A program made the translations under genes and the position numbers. Under the pieces are notes generated by a model. It was not told where the DNA came from. It saw only the letters and a program-made list of their open reading frames with translations, and made no database searches. Positions 20,976 to 30,165 of a stretch of DNA of 64,000 nt are shown piece after piece (the first letter of the stretch is position 1; each line of letters starts with the position of its first letter). Source of the DNA: an uncultured Eubacteriales bacterium (GTDB lineage: Bacteria > Acidobacteriota > Aminicenantia > Aminicenantales > Aminicenantaceae); NCBI GenBank assembly GCA_964410125.1, contig CAYPGQ010000001.1, forward strand, positions 54,549-118,548. Direction: 5' to 3'.

Positions 20976-21190
20976 CCTGAATTATTCATAATAAATGCTG
21001 ATGCCTTCATTTCAATTTTTTCAAAATAAAACAAATTTACATCTATAAAAATATGCATCAGCACTTATTACCCAAAGGGCGAGCCGATCTCACCACATCG
21101 GCATCGTTGTAGCCCAATCGCAGTATACAGATACAGCTCATGAGCAACTGCCTTGCCGCTGCAGCAATCTCAACTCGTGAATAATCCAGG
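20976..21190 (-). mobile_element. structured miniature inverted-repeat element, copy A (diverged)
   Basis: Reverse complement begins CCTGGATTATTCACGA and ends TGAATAATTCAGG; shares GAGATCGGCTCGCCC core with copies at 56328 and 57769. Confidence 0.75.
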
Positions 21191-21217
21191 CCATTATGAA
21201 TTATTCATAATAAATGC

Positions 21218-22336
21218 CTATCTGTTCAGAATCTCTTTTAGCGCAGATAAAACACGATCGACATTTTCTTCCCGGGCAGTGTGCCCCATCAACCCGATGC
21301 GCCATATTTTTCCCGCAAGAGGTCCTAATCCGGGGCCTATTTCTATTTTGTATTCCTGCCGCAGTCTACTCCTCACTTCGGCATCATCTGCCCCTTCAGG
21401 AATGATGATCGAATTAAGCATGGGGAGCCGGTATTCGGGCGCCACAAGCATCTGAATCCCTAGGCTTTCTAAGCCTCCAACAAGTTTTTCGTGGTTCTCG
21501 AGGTGCCGCTGAAACACTTCTGTTAAGCCTTCCTCAGTTATCAAAAACAAGGATTGGTACAGCGCATACAGCATATTAATCGGAGCCGTATGATGGTAGA
21601 CTCTCGTTTGTCCTTCCCAATATTTTGTCAGCATACTCACATCCAGATACCAGTTCGGGACTTTACTCTGGCGGTTCAGAATAATGCTCAATGCTCTATC
21701 AGAAAACGACACCGGAGCCAAACCCGGGGGGCAGGAGAGGCACTTTTGTGTGCCACTGTATAAGGCATCTATGCCCCACAAATCGGTTGCTACCTCGATT
21801 CCACCAAGACTGGTCACAGTGTCAACCATGTAAATCGTATCCGTTCCCTTAATAAGCTCACCAATTTCCTCGACAGGATTTCTCACTCCCGTTGACGTCT
21901 CCGCATGAACGACTGCGACAATCTTATAATTTTTCGATCTCAATTTGTCTTCCACTTTTTCTGGAACCACAGGGTTACCCCACTCGAACTCCAAAGAATC
22001 CACATCAGCCCCCAATCGCGTCGCCACATCCTGCATACGTTGTCCAAAAACACCATTGATCAAGATCAATACCGGATCATTTTTTTCTACCAGGTTCACA
22101 AAACAGGTTTCCATCCCTGCAGATCCCGTGCCAGAAACTGGGATGGTCATCTTATTCTGGGTTTGCATAACAATCTGGAGAAGCCTTTTGATCTCGTCCA
22201 TGATAATGATGAAATAAGGATCCATATGACCAAGAGTTTTTCGGCTTAATGCTTCATAAACGGTTTCATGAATACAGGAAGGACCAGGCCCCATCAATAA
22301 AATTTCTTCAACGTCGTCGAGCACATTTTTTTTCAT
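21218..22336 (-). CDS. alanine-glyoxylate / serine-pyruvate aminotransferase (class V)
   Basis: LLMGPGPS, SGTGSAGME, VHAETSTG, SGTQKCLSCPPGL, YHHTAP, WRIGLMG. Confidence 0.92.
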   Translation of the reverse strand: MKKNVLDDVEEILLMGPGPSCIHETVYEALSRKTLGHMDPYFIIIMDEIKRLLQIVMQTQNKMTIPVSGTGSAGMETCFVNLVEKNDPVLILINGVFGQRMQDVATRLGADVDSLEFEWGNPVVPEKVEDKLRSKNYKIVAVVHAETSTGVRNPVEEIGELIKGTDTIYMVDTVTSLGGIEVATDLWGIDALYSGTQKCLSCPPGLAPVSFSDRALSIILNRQSKVPNWYLDVSMLTKYWEGQTRVYHHTAPINMLYALYQSLFLITEEGLTEVFQRHLENHEKLVGGLESLGIQMLVAPEYRLPMLNSIIIPEGADDAEVRSRLRQEYKIEIGPGLGPLAGKIWRIGLMGHTAREENVDRVLSALKEILNR

Positions 22337-22536
22337 TTTCAGATTCCTCCTCTAATCGGGATTTTGATGATATCAACTTTTTTTTCCTCCGTAAAGGAAT
22401 TTATCAATCAGAGACGAAAATTTTTGCAAATTTGATCCTTTTTCATTAGAATGTAGACTACAAATTAGAATTCACTTTATTTCTGAACAATCAGTGTTAC
22501 TCAAATAAATTCTAAAGCACTGACAGGAGAATTCAC

Positions 22537-23811
22537 ATGACGGAAGTAACAGAAAACGGGATGTTCTCTTCTGACTTTCTGGCAGAGATAAGACAAAAAT
22601 TTTTGTACGTCGATTGGGACCCTTATTCTGGGCAGCGAGTTTACCTCGAAGCATCCGGAGGATCATTAAGGCTTCGGACCGTTTTGGAGACTTTGGCTAA
22701 AGAAGCCGCCATTCCAGACGAACTGTTTCGGTTCAATCCAGCCTCTGACTATATAACCAAATGGATTGACAAAGGAATCGAGGATGTCAAGATTTTCCTC
22801 GGTGCAAAATCCGGTGAAATCATCCCGGCCCACAGCGCAACTCAGACAATGTTCCGTGCGATAAACACGATTACTGCAAATATTCCGGGCACAAACATTG
22901 TCACAACTGAACTCGAACACCCATCCGTGTTAGGGGCTACCAATTATTTCACCAAAAGCACGGGAAAGGAGTGGCGGGTCGCCAAGATTTCCAAGGAAAC
23001 AAGTTCTGTTCCGGTAAAAGCGATTCTGGAAATTGTGGATAAAGAAACATGTCTCCTTGCTTTTCAGCACGGATCTAACCAAACCGGCGCAATAAATGAT
23101 GTCAAGACTATCATACAGGAAGCAAGAAAAATCAAACCGGACCTTTATGTTCTGGTCGATGCTGTGCAGTACGCTCCCCACGGTCAGATCGATGTTGAGG
23201 ATTATGGTGCCGATGTTTATTCTTTTGGTCCCTATAAAGCCTACTGCGTCAAAGGGATCGGTTTCGCCCACATATCAGATAGGCTCGCCAAGCTCCCGCA
23301 TGAGAATTTACTCGGAAAACCCGTAACAAATTGGGTTCTCGGCTCTCCGGCTCACATGATGTATGCCTGCTGGTCGGCAACAGTTGACTATCTGTGCTGG
23401 GTAGGCAGCCGCTTCACACATTCCCAAGATCGGCGCAATCAAATGATCGCCGCAAAAGATGCCATTCATGCCCACATGAAAGCGCTTCTCCATCGAGCCA
23501 TGCACGGGTCCGAAAAAGTTGAGGGGCTTCTGGGACAAGAACATGTCACCGTATGTGGGATGCCAAAAGGCCTCGAAGATCGCCTGTGTATCTTTCTATT
23601 CCGTCTGGGAAGAATGGATTCTTCGACAGCGATTTCAAGATACAACAAGGAACATGGTATCCGATTGGCTGCGAGGATCAGGGATGCCTATTCTTCGGTT
23701 CCGCTCGATGCTCTGGGATGGCCGGATGCTGTCCGCTTATCGGCTTGTCATTACAACACACCCGAAGAAATCGACCTGTTCCTGAAGGCAACTAAAGCAC
23801 TGGCGGATTAG
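22537..23811 (+). CDS. class V PLP enzyme, cysteine desulfurase-like but lacking the catalytic Cys motif
   Basis: ELEHPS, VDAVQYAPH, SFGPYK, VRLSACHYNTPEEID; no RxGHHC or SSGSAC motif. Confidence 0.8.
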   Translation: MTEVTENGMFSSDFLAEIRQKFLYVDWDPYSGQRVYLEASGGSLRLRTVLETLAKEAAIPDELFRFNPASDYITKWIDKGIEDVKIFLGAKSGEIIPAHSATQTMFRAINTITANIPGTNIVTTELEHPSVLGATNYFTKSTGKEWRVAKISKETSSVPVKAILEIVDKETCLLAFQHGSNQTGAINDVKTIIQEARKIKPDLYVLVDAVQYAPHGQIDVEDYGADVYSFGPYKAYCVKGIGFAHISDRLAKLPHENLLGKPVTNWVLGSPAHMMYACWSATVDYLCWVGSRFTHSQDRRNQMIAAKDAIHAHMKALLHRAMHGSEKVEGLLGQEHVTVCGMPKGLEDRLCIFLFRLGRMDSSTAISRYNKEHGIRLAARIRDAYSSVPLDALGWPDAVRLSACHYNTPEEIDLFLKATKALAD

Positions 23812-23816
23812 AATTA

Positions 23817-24650
23817 CTATTCAACAAGATCCGGTATTTTCAAGATTGCTTGAATAGGATCGATCAATAAACTCACCACCAGATTCGCCTGGTGATGAGC
23901 AGCTATTCCTACCCGGGGCGCCATCAGGCCTTGTCCGGGACCGGCAGATTTCTTCATATCTCCGATGATAAAGATCTTTTCGCCTATTCTACGGGTCTGA
24001 ATACTATTGCTATCACCATACCCGGCAAGTCCTGACGCTCCTATTACATAAACCTCAGGCATACATTCTGCAACGGTCTCTAATATCATGGTCTTTTCCT
24101 CAACGCGATCAAAACATTCCACAATAATATCGGCAGTTTTGAAGATTTTGGGAATATTGTGAGCGTTGAGAACGACATTATGGGCAATAACCTTGACGTA
24201 GGGATTCATGTTGGCCAGGTTTTTTTCCATGGCCTCTGTTTTTGACAAACCGATTTGATCAACAGAGTATTGTTGCCGATTCAGATTACTCGGTTCTACA
24301 ACATCATGGTCAGCAATAATCAATGTTCCTAGGCCCATTCTGGTCAGGGCGATCGAAACCGAAGAACCAAGCCCGCCCAGACCTGCGACTCCGACCGTGG
24401 CCGTTTTCATGCGCTCATGTACGCCAGGCGAGTGCCGGGCAATCATCAGAGCTTCCAATTCCTCACTTTTTGGGATCTCTCCTTTCTTGATCAAAGCAAC
24501 TTGATCCCCTTCTTTTAAAATAGAATCTTCTTCACAGGGATACCCGTTGACAATGATCACATCTGCCCCGGGTTTTTTTTCGTCTCGGAGTTTTCCCGCA
24601 GTCATATTCTCAGGAAAAGACTGGATTCGCTCATTGACAAAAATTTTCAT
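23817..24650 (-). CDS. thiF: sulfur-carrier adenylyltransferase ThiF with N-terminal ThiS-like domain
   Basis: VGVAGLGGLGS, DHDVVEPSNLNRQ, GLMAPRVGIAAHHQAN; N-terminal MKIFVNE ubiquitin-like segment. Confidence 0.88.
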   Translation of the reverse strand: MKIFVNERIQSFPENMTAGKLRDEKKPGADVIIVNGYPCEEDSILKEGDQVALIKKGEIPKSEELEALMIARHSPGVHERMKTATVGVAGLGGLGSSVSIALTRMGLGTLIIADHDVVEPSNLNRQQYSVDQIGLSKTEAMEKNLANMNPYVKVIAHNVVLNAHNIPKIFKTADIIVECFDRVEEKTMILETVAECMPEVYVIGASGLAGYGDSNSIQTRRIGEKIFIIGDMKKSAGPGQGLMAPRVGIAAHHQANLVVSLLIDPIQAILKIPDLVE

Positions 24651-24680
24651 TATCATTCTTAATTTCCTACGATAATAATT

Positions 24681-24702
24681 CTGGATTATTCATAAAAGCT
24701 GA
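24681..24702 (+). repeat. solo terminus of the miniature inverted-repeat element
   Basis: CTGGATTATTCATAAAAGCTGA resembles the element end CCTGGACTATTCATAAAAAATGCCGA. Confidence 0.45.
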
Positions 24703-24705
24703 AAT

Positions 24706-27024
24706 TTATTCTTTTTTAATATTATTCCGGGCTTCTTCACCCATACGTAAATATTCCTTGGATTTTGTGTAATCCCCTATTCTATTGTACAGGTCAGCCA
24801 GCAGGTAATAGCCAAGAGGGAGCTGATCATCTTCAGGTTTCAACTCGATCCCCTTTTGCACCATGGCGATCGCCTCTTCAAATTTCTCTCCCCGATTGAG
24901 ATAAATCCGTGCTTTGTAAAAATAGCTTAGGGGAAATTCCGGATTGCTCTCTATGGTCTTATCCAGGTATTCCAATTCTTTTTCCGTATCTTTGCTGATT
25001 CTAAACAAACGGGAAAGGTTGTAACTGGCTCTGAAATTATGAGGGATATTCTCCAGCTCCACGAGATACTCTGACATGGCCCCGGACGGATCACCTCGGG
25101 CTTCCTGAAGCTGGGCAAAATTGTAATGCAGGTCTCTCAACTTAGTATTAAGCCCAACTGCTTTATTAAGATAGCTCTCGGCTTTATCCAGATCATTTTG
25201 AATGACATAAATTCCTCCAAGAGCATTATAAGCCGAGGCTGATGAAGGATTGAGTTCAACACATTTATCGAAATACTTCACAGCCTCATTATATTCCTTT
25301 TTTGAATTCTTGATTCTTCCCAGATTTAAATAAATTTGAGAATCCGGCGGGAGTAGTTCTAGTCTATTTAAGATAAATTCCTCCGCCTCATCTAATTTTC
25401 CCATCAGTATATAAGTATTGGAGATATTGATCACAGTAATATTATTATCTGGCTTCATTTCCAGAATTTTCTGGAACGTATTAATGGCTTCTTCTAACAT
25501 CCATTCCCTTTTATACAGAATCCCTAGGGCAGAATAGGCATCGATCACATCCGGATCCTCATCGATGATTTCCAGCATCATTTTGGCAGCCTGCTCAAAC
25601 TCTCCCTCAAGTCCAAGTTCTCTTGCTTCAGACAACCGGTTGAAAATGATTATCTTTTCCTTGGGGTCGCCCAACCGCCTTCCCTCAAGCGATGAGGAGG
25701 CTGTATACGAGCCAATATATCCAAGAGCTGCTAGCTTTTGCCGGCTTTCTTCATCCATATGGCTGTAATCCAATTTATAGGAATTTTTTCCGGTCTCAAC
25801 AATAAACTCATTGATAAGATTCATAAACCTACGGGCTTCCTCAGGTTGGGAATCGACGATATTATTCAATTCTTCCGGATCATTTGAAAGATCATAAAGT
25901 TCAAGTTTGGGCGCAACGATCAGTTTGAACCTCTCGTTTTGATAACTCTTCAATTCACTCCATCCGAAATGGAATCGTGGATAATAGGTCTCCGAGTAAG
26001 AAAAGTCCTCATCTTTGCCTACAGAAAAAAACTGTGGAAGCAGGCTTTTGCCTTGCACCTGAATAGGAATGGGAACTTGGGCTAGTTCGAGTATAGTAGG
26101 CATTATGTCGACCAGTGATACGACTGATGAACGGCTGAGACCATAGATATGTTCAAATGGCGTAACAAAAATGAGAGGGACATGAATGCCAGCCTGATAG
26201 ATGAAAAAACCATGGCCGCTTTCTCTATGTTCCCCTAGACTTTCCCCATGATCAGAAGTGAAAACGAGAATAGTGTTATTTACCAGTCCGTTTTCTTCAA
26301 GATAATCCCATAATCTGGCTATCTGAGAGTCTGTATAGGCGATTTCTCCGATATAGGGACGATTGGGATACATTTCAGAATAGGGAGATGGAGGTTCATA
26401 AGGTGTGTGAGGATCATACAGATGAATCCAGGTGAAAAACTTCTGCTGTTTATGCTCCTCTAACCAAGGAATAACTTGATCCATAACTTCATCCCCAGGA
26501 CGTTGCACATTTCCTAAAGAAATGGTTTTGTACTTGCTCAAATCGAAATTATCAAAATAATAATCAAAACCTTGGTCCAATCCCCATTTTGAATCCAGCA
26601 CATAAGCCGCAACAAAAGCGGAAGTCTGGTATCCGTTTTGCTTCATAAGTTCTGTCAGGGTAGTCATCTCCTGCGGTACTAAAAAACCTCCATTATCCCG
26701 AACCCCATGAAATGTGGGATAAGTGCCAGTCAAGAGCGAAGTGTGGGAAGGCAGGGTCAGCGGCGTCTGGGCAAAACATTTTTCGAATTTCACTCCCCGT
26801 GAGGCAAACATGTCCATGGTAGGTGTTTTCACGTCAGAAAATCCGTAACATCCAATCCGGTCGGCCCGCAGTGTGTCAACGCTGATGATGATATAATTAA
26901 AATTTTCAGCCCCTTTAAGTCGGGATAATGGGCCTTTTGGAATAAATAGAAAACAAACAAGAGCCACCAGCAAGATTAGCACGGGGAGGGTAAAATAGAG
27001 AATTTTCTTTTGCGGAACTCTCAT
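24706..27024 (-). CDS. sulfatase-like hydrolase with C-terminal TPR repeats
   Basis: ISVDTLRAD, PLTLPSHTSLLTG, HLYDPH, TSDHGE, LAALGY followed by TPRs. Confidence 0.9.
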   Translation of the reverse strand: MRVPQKKILYFTLPVLILLVALVCFLFIPKGPLSRLKGAENFNYIIISVDTLRADRIGCYGFSDVKTPTMDMFASRGVKFEKCFAQTPLTLPSHTSLLTGTYPTFHGVRDNGGFLVPQEMTTLTELMKQNGYQTSAFVAAYVLDSKWGLDQGFDYYFDNFDLSKYKTISLGNVQRPGDEVMDQVIPWLEEHKQQKFFTWIHLYDPHTPYEPPSPYSEMYPNRPYIGEIAYTDSQIARLWDYLEENGLVNNTILVFTSDHGESLGEHRESGHGFFIYQAGIHVPLIFVTPFEHIYGLSRSSVVSLVDIMPTILELAQVPIPIQVQGKSLLPQFFSVGKDEDFSYSETYYPRFHFGWSELKSYQNERFKLIVAPKLELYDLSNDPEELNNIVDSQPEEARRFMNLINEFIVETGKNSYKLDYSHMDEESRQKLAALGYIGSYTASSSLEGRRLGDPKEKIIIFNRLSEARELGLEGEFEQAAKMMLEIIDEDPDVIDAYSALGILYKREWMLEEAINTFQKILEMKPDNNITVINISNTYILMGKLDEAEEFILNRLELLPPDSQIYLNLGRIKNSKKEYNEAVKYFDKCVELNPSSASAYNALGGIYVIQNDLDKAESYLNKAVGLNTKLRDLHYNFAQLQEARGDPSGAMSEYLVELENIPHNFRASYNLSRLFRISKDTEKELEYLDKTIESNPEFPLSYFYKARIYLNRGEKFEEAIAMVQKGIELKPEDDQLPLGYYLLADLYNRIGDYTKSKEYLRMGEEARNNIKKE

Positions 27025-27036
27025 ATCAAAATGGTA

Positions 27037-27489
27037 TCACAAATCGCGATAAATCGCTGCAACGGTTACGTTGGCTAGCTCGATCACTCTATGGGAAATA
27101 ACTTTCATCTTTATTTCGCCGTTCCAACCGCGTGATTCCAACATCTCGGTCAGACCAACTCTTATTTCCTCCTCACAGTCTTCCTGACTGAATTCCCCTT
27201 TAGACTCGATGAACAATCCTCCCTGTTCTGTTTGGACCCATCCTAGACCAGCTGAAATGATCGCATTTGGCTTTTTACAACCGAAGCTGGCAATAACAAC
27301 ATGCAGAATATCCCCAATCTCATTTGACAAATGAGCTTTTCCGACTTCTTCGACAATAGAATTTTTAGGGATGACCGAGCTTAACGGAATCAGGTTAAAG
27401 TTATGTATACCTGCTTCGAGCAGAGCCTTATCAAAGGCACTGAGCAAAGTCTTCCCTTCTCCCTGTCCCCAGACAATATCTATTTTCAT
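27037..27489 (-). CDS. pdaD: pyruvoyl-dependent arginine decarboxylase
   Basis: LSAFDKALLEAGIHNFNLIPLSSVIP self-cleavage motif. Confidence 0.85.
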   Translation of the reverse strand: MKIDIVWGQGEGKTLLSAFDKALLEAGIHNFNLIPLSSVIPKNSIVEEVGKAHLSNEIGDILHVVIASFGCKKPNAIISAGLGWVQTEQGGLFIESKGEFSQEDCEEEIRVGLTEMLESRGWNGEIKMKVISHRVIELANVTVAAIYRDL

Positions 27490-27624
27490 GATAGCTTACT
27501 CCATATTTCTCAAGCTTAAACAAAGAAAAAGTTTAATCATTTTGAAGCCTTACTGCAACCCATTTTTATTTATTCATAACGCTCTATTTCGATTGGAATT
27601 TGACATCATCTTCGCTTCTGTGAG

Positions 27625-29460
27625 ATGTTGGAAAAAATGAATAAGAAGAAACTGTACTTATCCATATCTATTATTTTTATCATCTCTTTATGTCATGGAA
27701 GGTTCCAAGAGGACATGCCGGACCTCAGCAACGTCAAGATCATAACGACTCACGTGGCCGGCAATATCTACGTGCTCGAGGCGACAGGAGATGTGGCTGG
27801 CAACATCGCGGTTTCTGCAGGGCCGGATGGGATCCTTATGGTCGACACGCAATTCGCTCCCCTTTCCGATTTAATCCGAGCCGAATTAAAAAAAATCACT
27901 AAAGGAAAGATCAAGTTCATAATAAACACGCACCATCATGCAGACCATACCCACGGCAACATGGCTCTCGGAAAATCTTCAATCATTATTTCCCATGCCA
28001 ATGCGCAAAAACGGTTATTGCATATGCCTAGTGAAGCTCAGCCAACAATAACATTTGACAAACGGATATCCATCTTTTTCAACAGGGAAAAGATTAATCT
28101 CGTCCACTACCCACATGGCCATACTGACAATGATGTTGTTGTGTTCTTTACTAATTCTAACGTTATCCACATGGGTGACCTCTGGAACTCCGGAATTTCC
28201 AGTTTTCCTACAGTCGATCTCGAGGCTGGCGGAAGTATTATGGGCATGTTGGAGAACATAAAGGAGCTGATCCGCATAATCCCGAAAGATGCAAAGATAA
28301 TCCCCGGACACTATGAGCTTTCAGACCTTGACGACCTCAAATCCACCCGGGATATGCTACAGGAAACGATTGGCTTGGTAATGAAAAAAAAGTCTGATGG
28401 AAAAAGCCTTGAGGAAATCAAAAAAGAAGGATTTCCTCCTCGATATGATTCCTGGGGAACCGCTTACACAAATGCCGAGACATGGATTGAAAATATTTAC
28501 CAGGGGTTGGATAAAGACCTACCGGCAGACATCATAAAAATTCAAAATACAGCAAAACGAATCTATAAAAATAAAAAGGAATTTTGGGAGGCGGAATTCA
28601 ATGGCGGCCATGTTATGGTCTACATTCCAGCAGGAGAATTTCCCATGGGCTCGGAAGAAGGATTGTCGAACGAAAGACCTGTTCACAAAGTTTTTCTAGA
28701 AGATTACTGGATGGGGAAATTTCCTGTAACAGTCGGACAGTTCAGAAAATTTGTAGAAGAAACCGGATATGTGACCGACGCAGAAAATGGGAATGGGTCT
28801 TGGCAATTCTGGGAAGGAGAGTGGGTAGTCAGACTGGACGGGAACTGGAAAAACACCTATTTCGAGCAGGGGGACGATCATCCCGTTGTCAGCGTGAGCT
28901 GGAACGATGCTGTGGCCTATTGCCATTGGCTTTCAAAAAAGACGGGATTGGATTTCAAATTACTAACAGCCGCTCAATGGGAAAAAGGAGCTCGCGGCAC
29001 AGACAAACGGAAATTTCCCTGGGGGAATGAAAAACCAAAAGGCACCAATGCCAACTATGCGGATATCAATTACTGGAACAAATACAAAGATGCTCGACAA
29101 CCGGACAAAAATATAAATGACGGTTATACAGAGACTTCACCGGTAGGTTCATATCCAAAGGGTTCATCACCTTATGGCCTGCTGGATATGGCTGGGAATG
29201 TGTGGGAATGGTGCCATGATGTCTTCCAAACCGATTATTACAACATTTCCCCTTATAAAAATCCATTAGGACCTCCAAACACCGGCAAACCGGATCAGGA
29301 ACGCGTTAATCGTGGAGGAGGGAGCTGGACGGATAGATCCGGCTTCATTACGCCGGAAGGAGGTCATAATCTGCGTTCTGCCGCTCGGACCGGGGACGGA
29401 CAGAACAGCAGCGACGATCATATGGGATTCCGGATCTGTATGGATTATATCAAGCGCTAA
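27625..29460 (+). CDS. MBL-fold hydrolase fused to FGE/SUMF1-like domain
   Basis: NTHHHADHTHGN, GHTD, HMGD, PGH; then FPMGS, HPVVSVSWNDA, GLLDMAGNVWEW, RGGGSW, MGFR. Confidence 0.88.
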   Translation: MLEKMNKKKLYLSISIIFIISLCHGRFQEDMPDLSNVKIITTHVAGNIYVLEATGDVAGNIAVSAGPDGILMVDTQFAPLSDLIRAELKKITKGKIKFIINTHHHADHTHGNMALGKSSIIISHANAQKRLLHMPSEAQPTITFDKRISIFFNREKINLVHYPHGHTDNDVVVFFTNSNVIHMGDLWNSGISSFPTVDLEAGGSIMGMLENIKELIRIIPKDAKIIPGHYELSDLDDLKSTRDMLQETIGLVMKKKSDGKSLEEIKKEGFPPRYDSWGTAYTNAETWIENIYQGLDKDLPADIIKIQNTAKRIYKNKKEFWEAEFNGGHVMVYIPAGEFPMGSEEGLSNERPVHKVFLEDYWMGKFPVTVGQFRKFVEETGYVTDAENGNGSWQFWEGEWVVRLDGNWKNTYFEQGDDHPVVSVSWNDAVAYCHWLSKKTGLDFKLLTAAQWEKGARGTDKRKFPWGNEKPKGTNANYADINYWNKYKDARQPDKNINDGYTETSPVGSYPKGSSPYGLLDMAGNVWEWCHDVFQTDYYNISPYKNPLGPPNTGKPDQERVNRGGGSWTDRSGFITPEGGHNLRSAARTGDGQNSSDDHMGFRICMDYIKR

Positions 29461-30071
29461 AACGTCTTCCCGTTCATCCCTGTAAATTCTTTAAAGGCAT
29501 CCAATACATCTTTGATAGCTTTTTTTGAACTGTTGTGAATTTTTTCCTTTTTATAGCCTTTGACTCCGTTGTAGCGTAATTTGACTGTCTTGGCATTGCT
29601 GATCTTTTCCATCAAGTCAAATTCCTCCTGATTTGCTGCCACATCATAAACTTCGCAAATTCCCCTACTGGCAGTGTTTGGATTTCCACCAACAGGGTTT
29701 TCACCCATCTCGACTGTCTGAATTGTATTTCGCGGAGTAAGGATATATTCTTCATCATCGACAGTAAATATGTACTCTTTAATGAACAAATTGTCCGGCC
29801 CTTGATACAAGATAACCATACGTAAAAAGCATTGGTTATCTTCAATCCTTTTTCCGATATACGGGTAGATTTTTGTATTGCTTCCGCTACCTTTTTTATG
29901 CTTGTACCATATGATACCGTTTTTTTTGTCTATTTGGGATTTCAAATTATATTTCTTTTCAAAATCTGATGAAAAAAGTGATAAAGATAAAAATAACACA
30001 AAAAACATCAGGGCTATAAACCCAATTTTACTCTTAAGAATTTGTTTGATATATAGATACAAACGTTTCAC
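29457..30071 (-). CDS. hypothetical secreted or membrane-anchored protein
   Basis: 204-aa ORF with N-terminal hydrophobic segment; GGGAG RBS. Confidence 0.65.
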   Translation of the reverse strand: MKRLYLYIKQILKSKIGFIALMFFVLFLSLSLFSSDFEKKYNLKSQIDKKNGIIWYKHKKGSGSNTKIYPYIGKRIEDNQCFLRMVILYQGPDNLFIKEYIFTVDDEEYILTPRNTIQTVEMGENPVGGNPNTASRGICEVYDVAANQEEFDLMEKISNAKTVKLRYNGVKGYKKEKIHNSSKKAIKDVLDAFKEFTGMNGKTF

Positions 30072-30098
30072 TCCCTAGTAACAATTTATCAAAAACAG

Positions 30099-30129
30099 AA
30101 AAAAAAGGGGGATTTAATCCCCCTTTTTT
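30099..30129 (-). terminator. rho-independent terminator (bidirectional type) after the TonB receptor gene
   Basis: A8-GGGGGAT-TTA-ATCCCCC-T6. Confidence 0.85.
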
Positions 30130-30165
30130 ATCTACTGGAACTTTAAATTAGAAAAAGTAAAAAAA

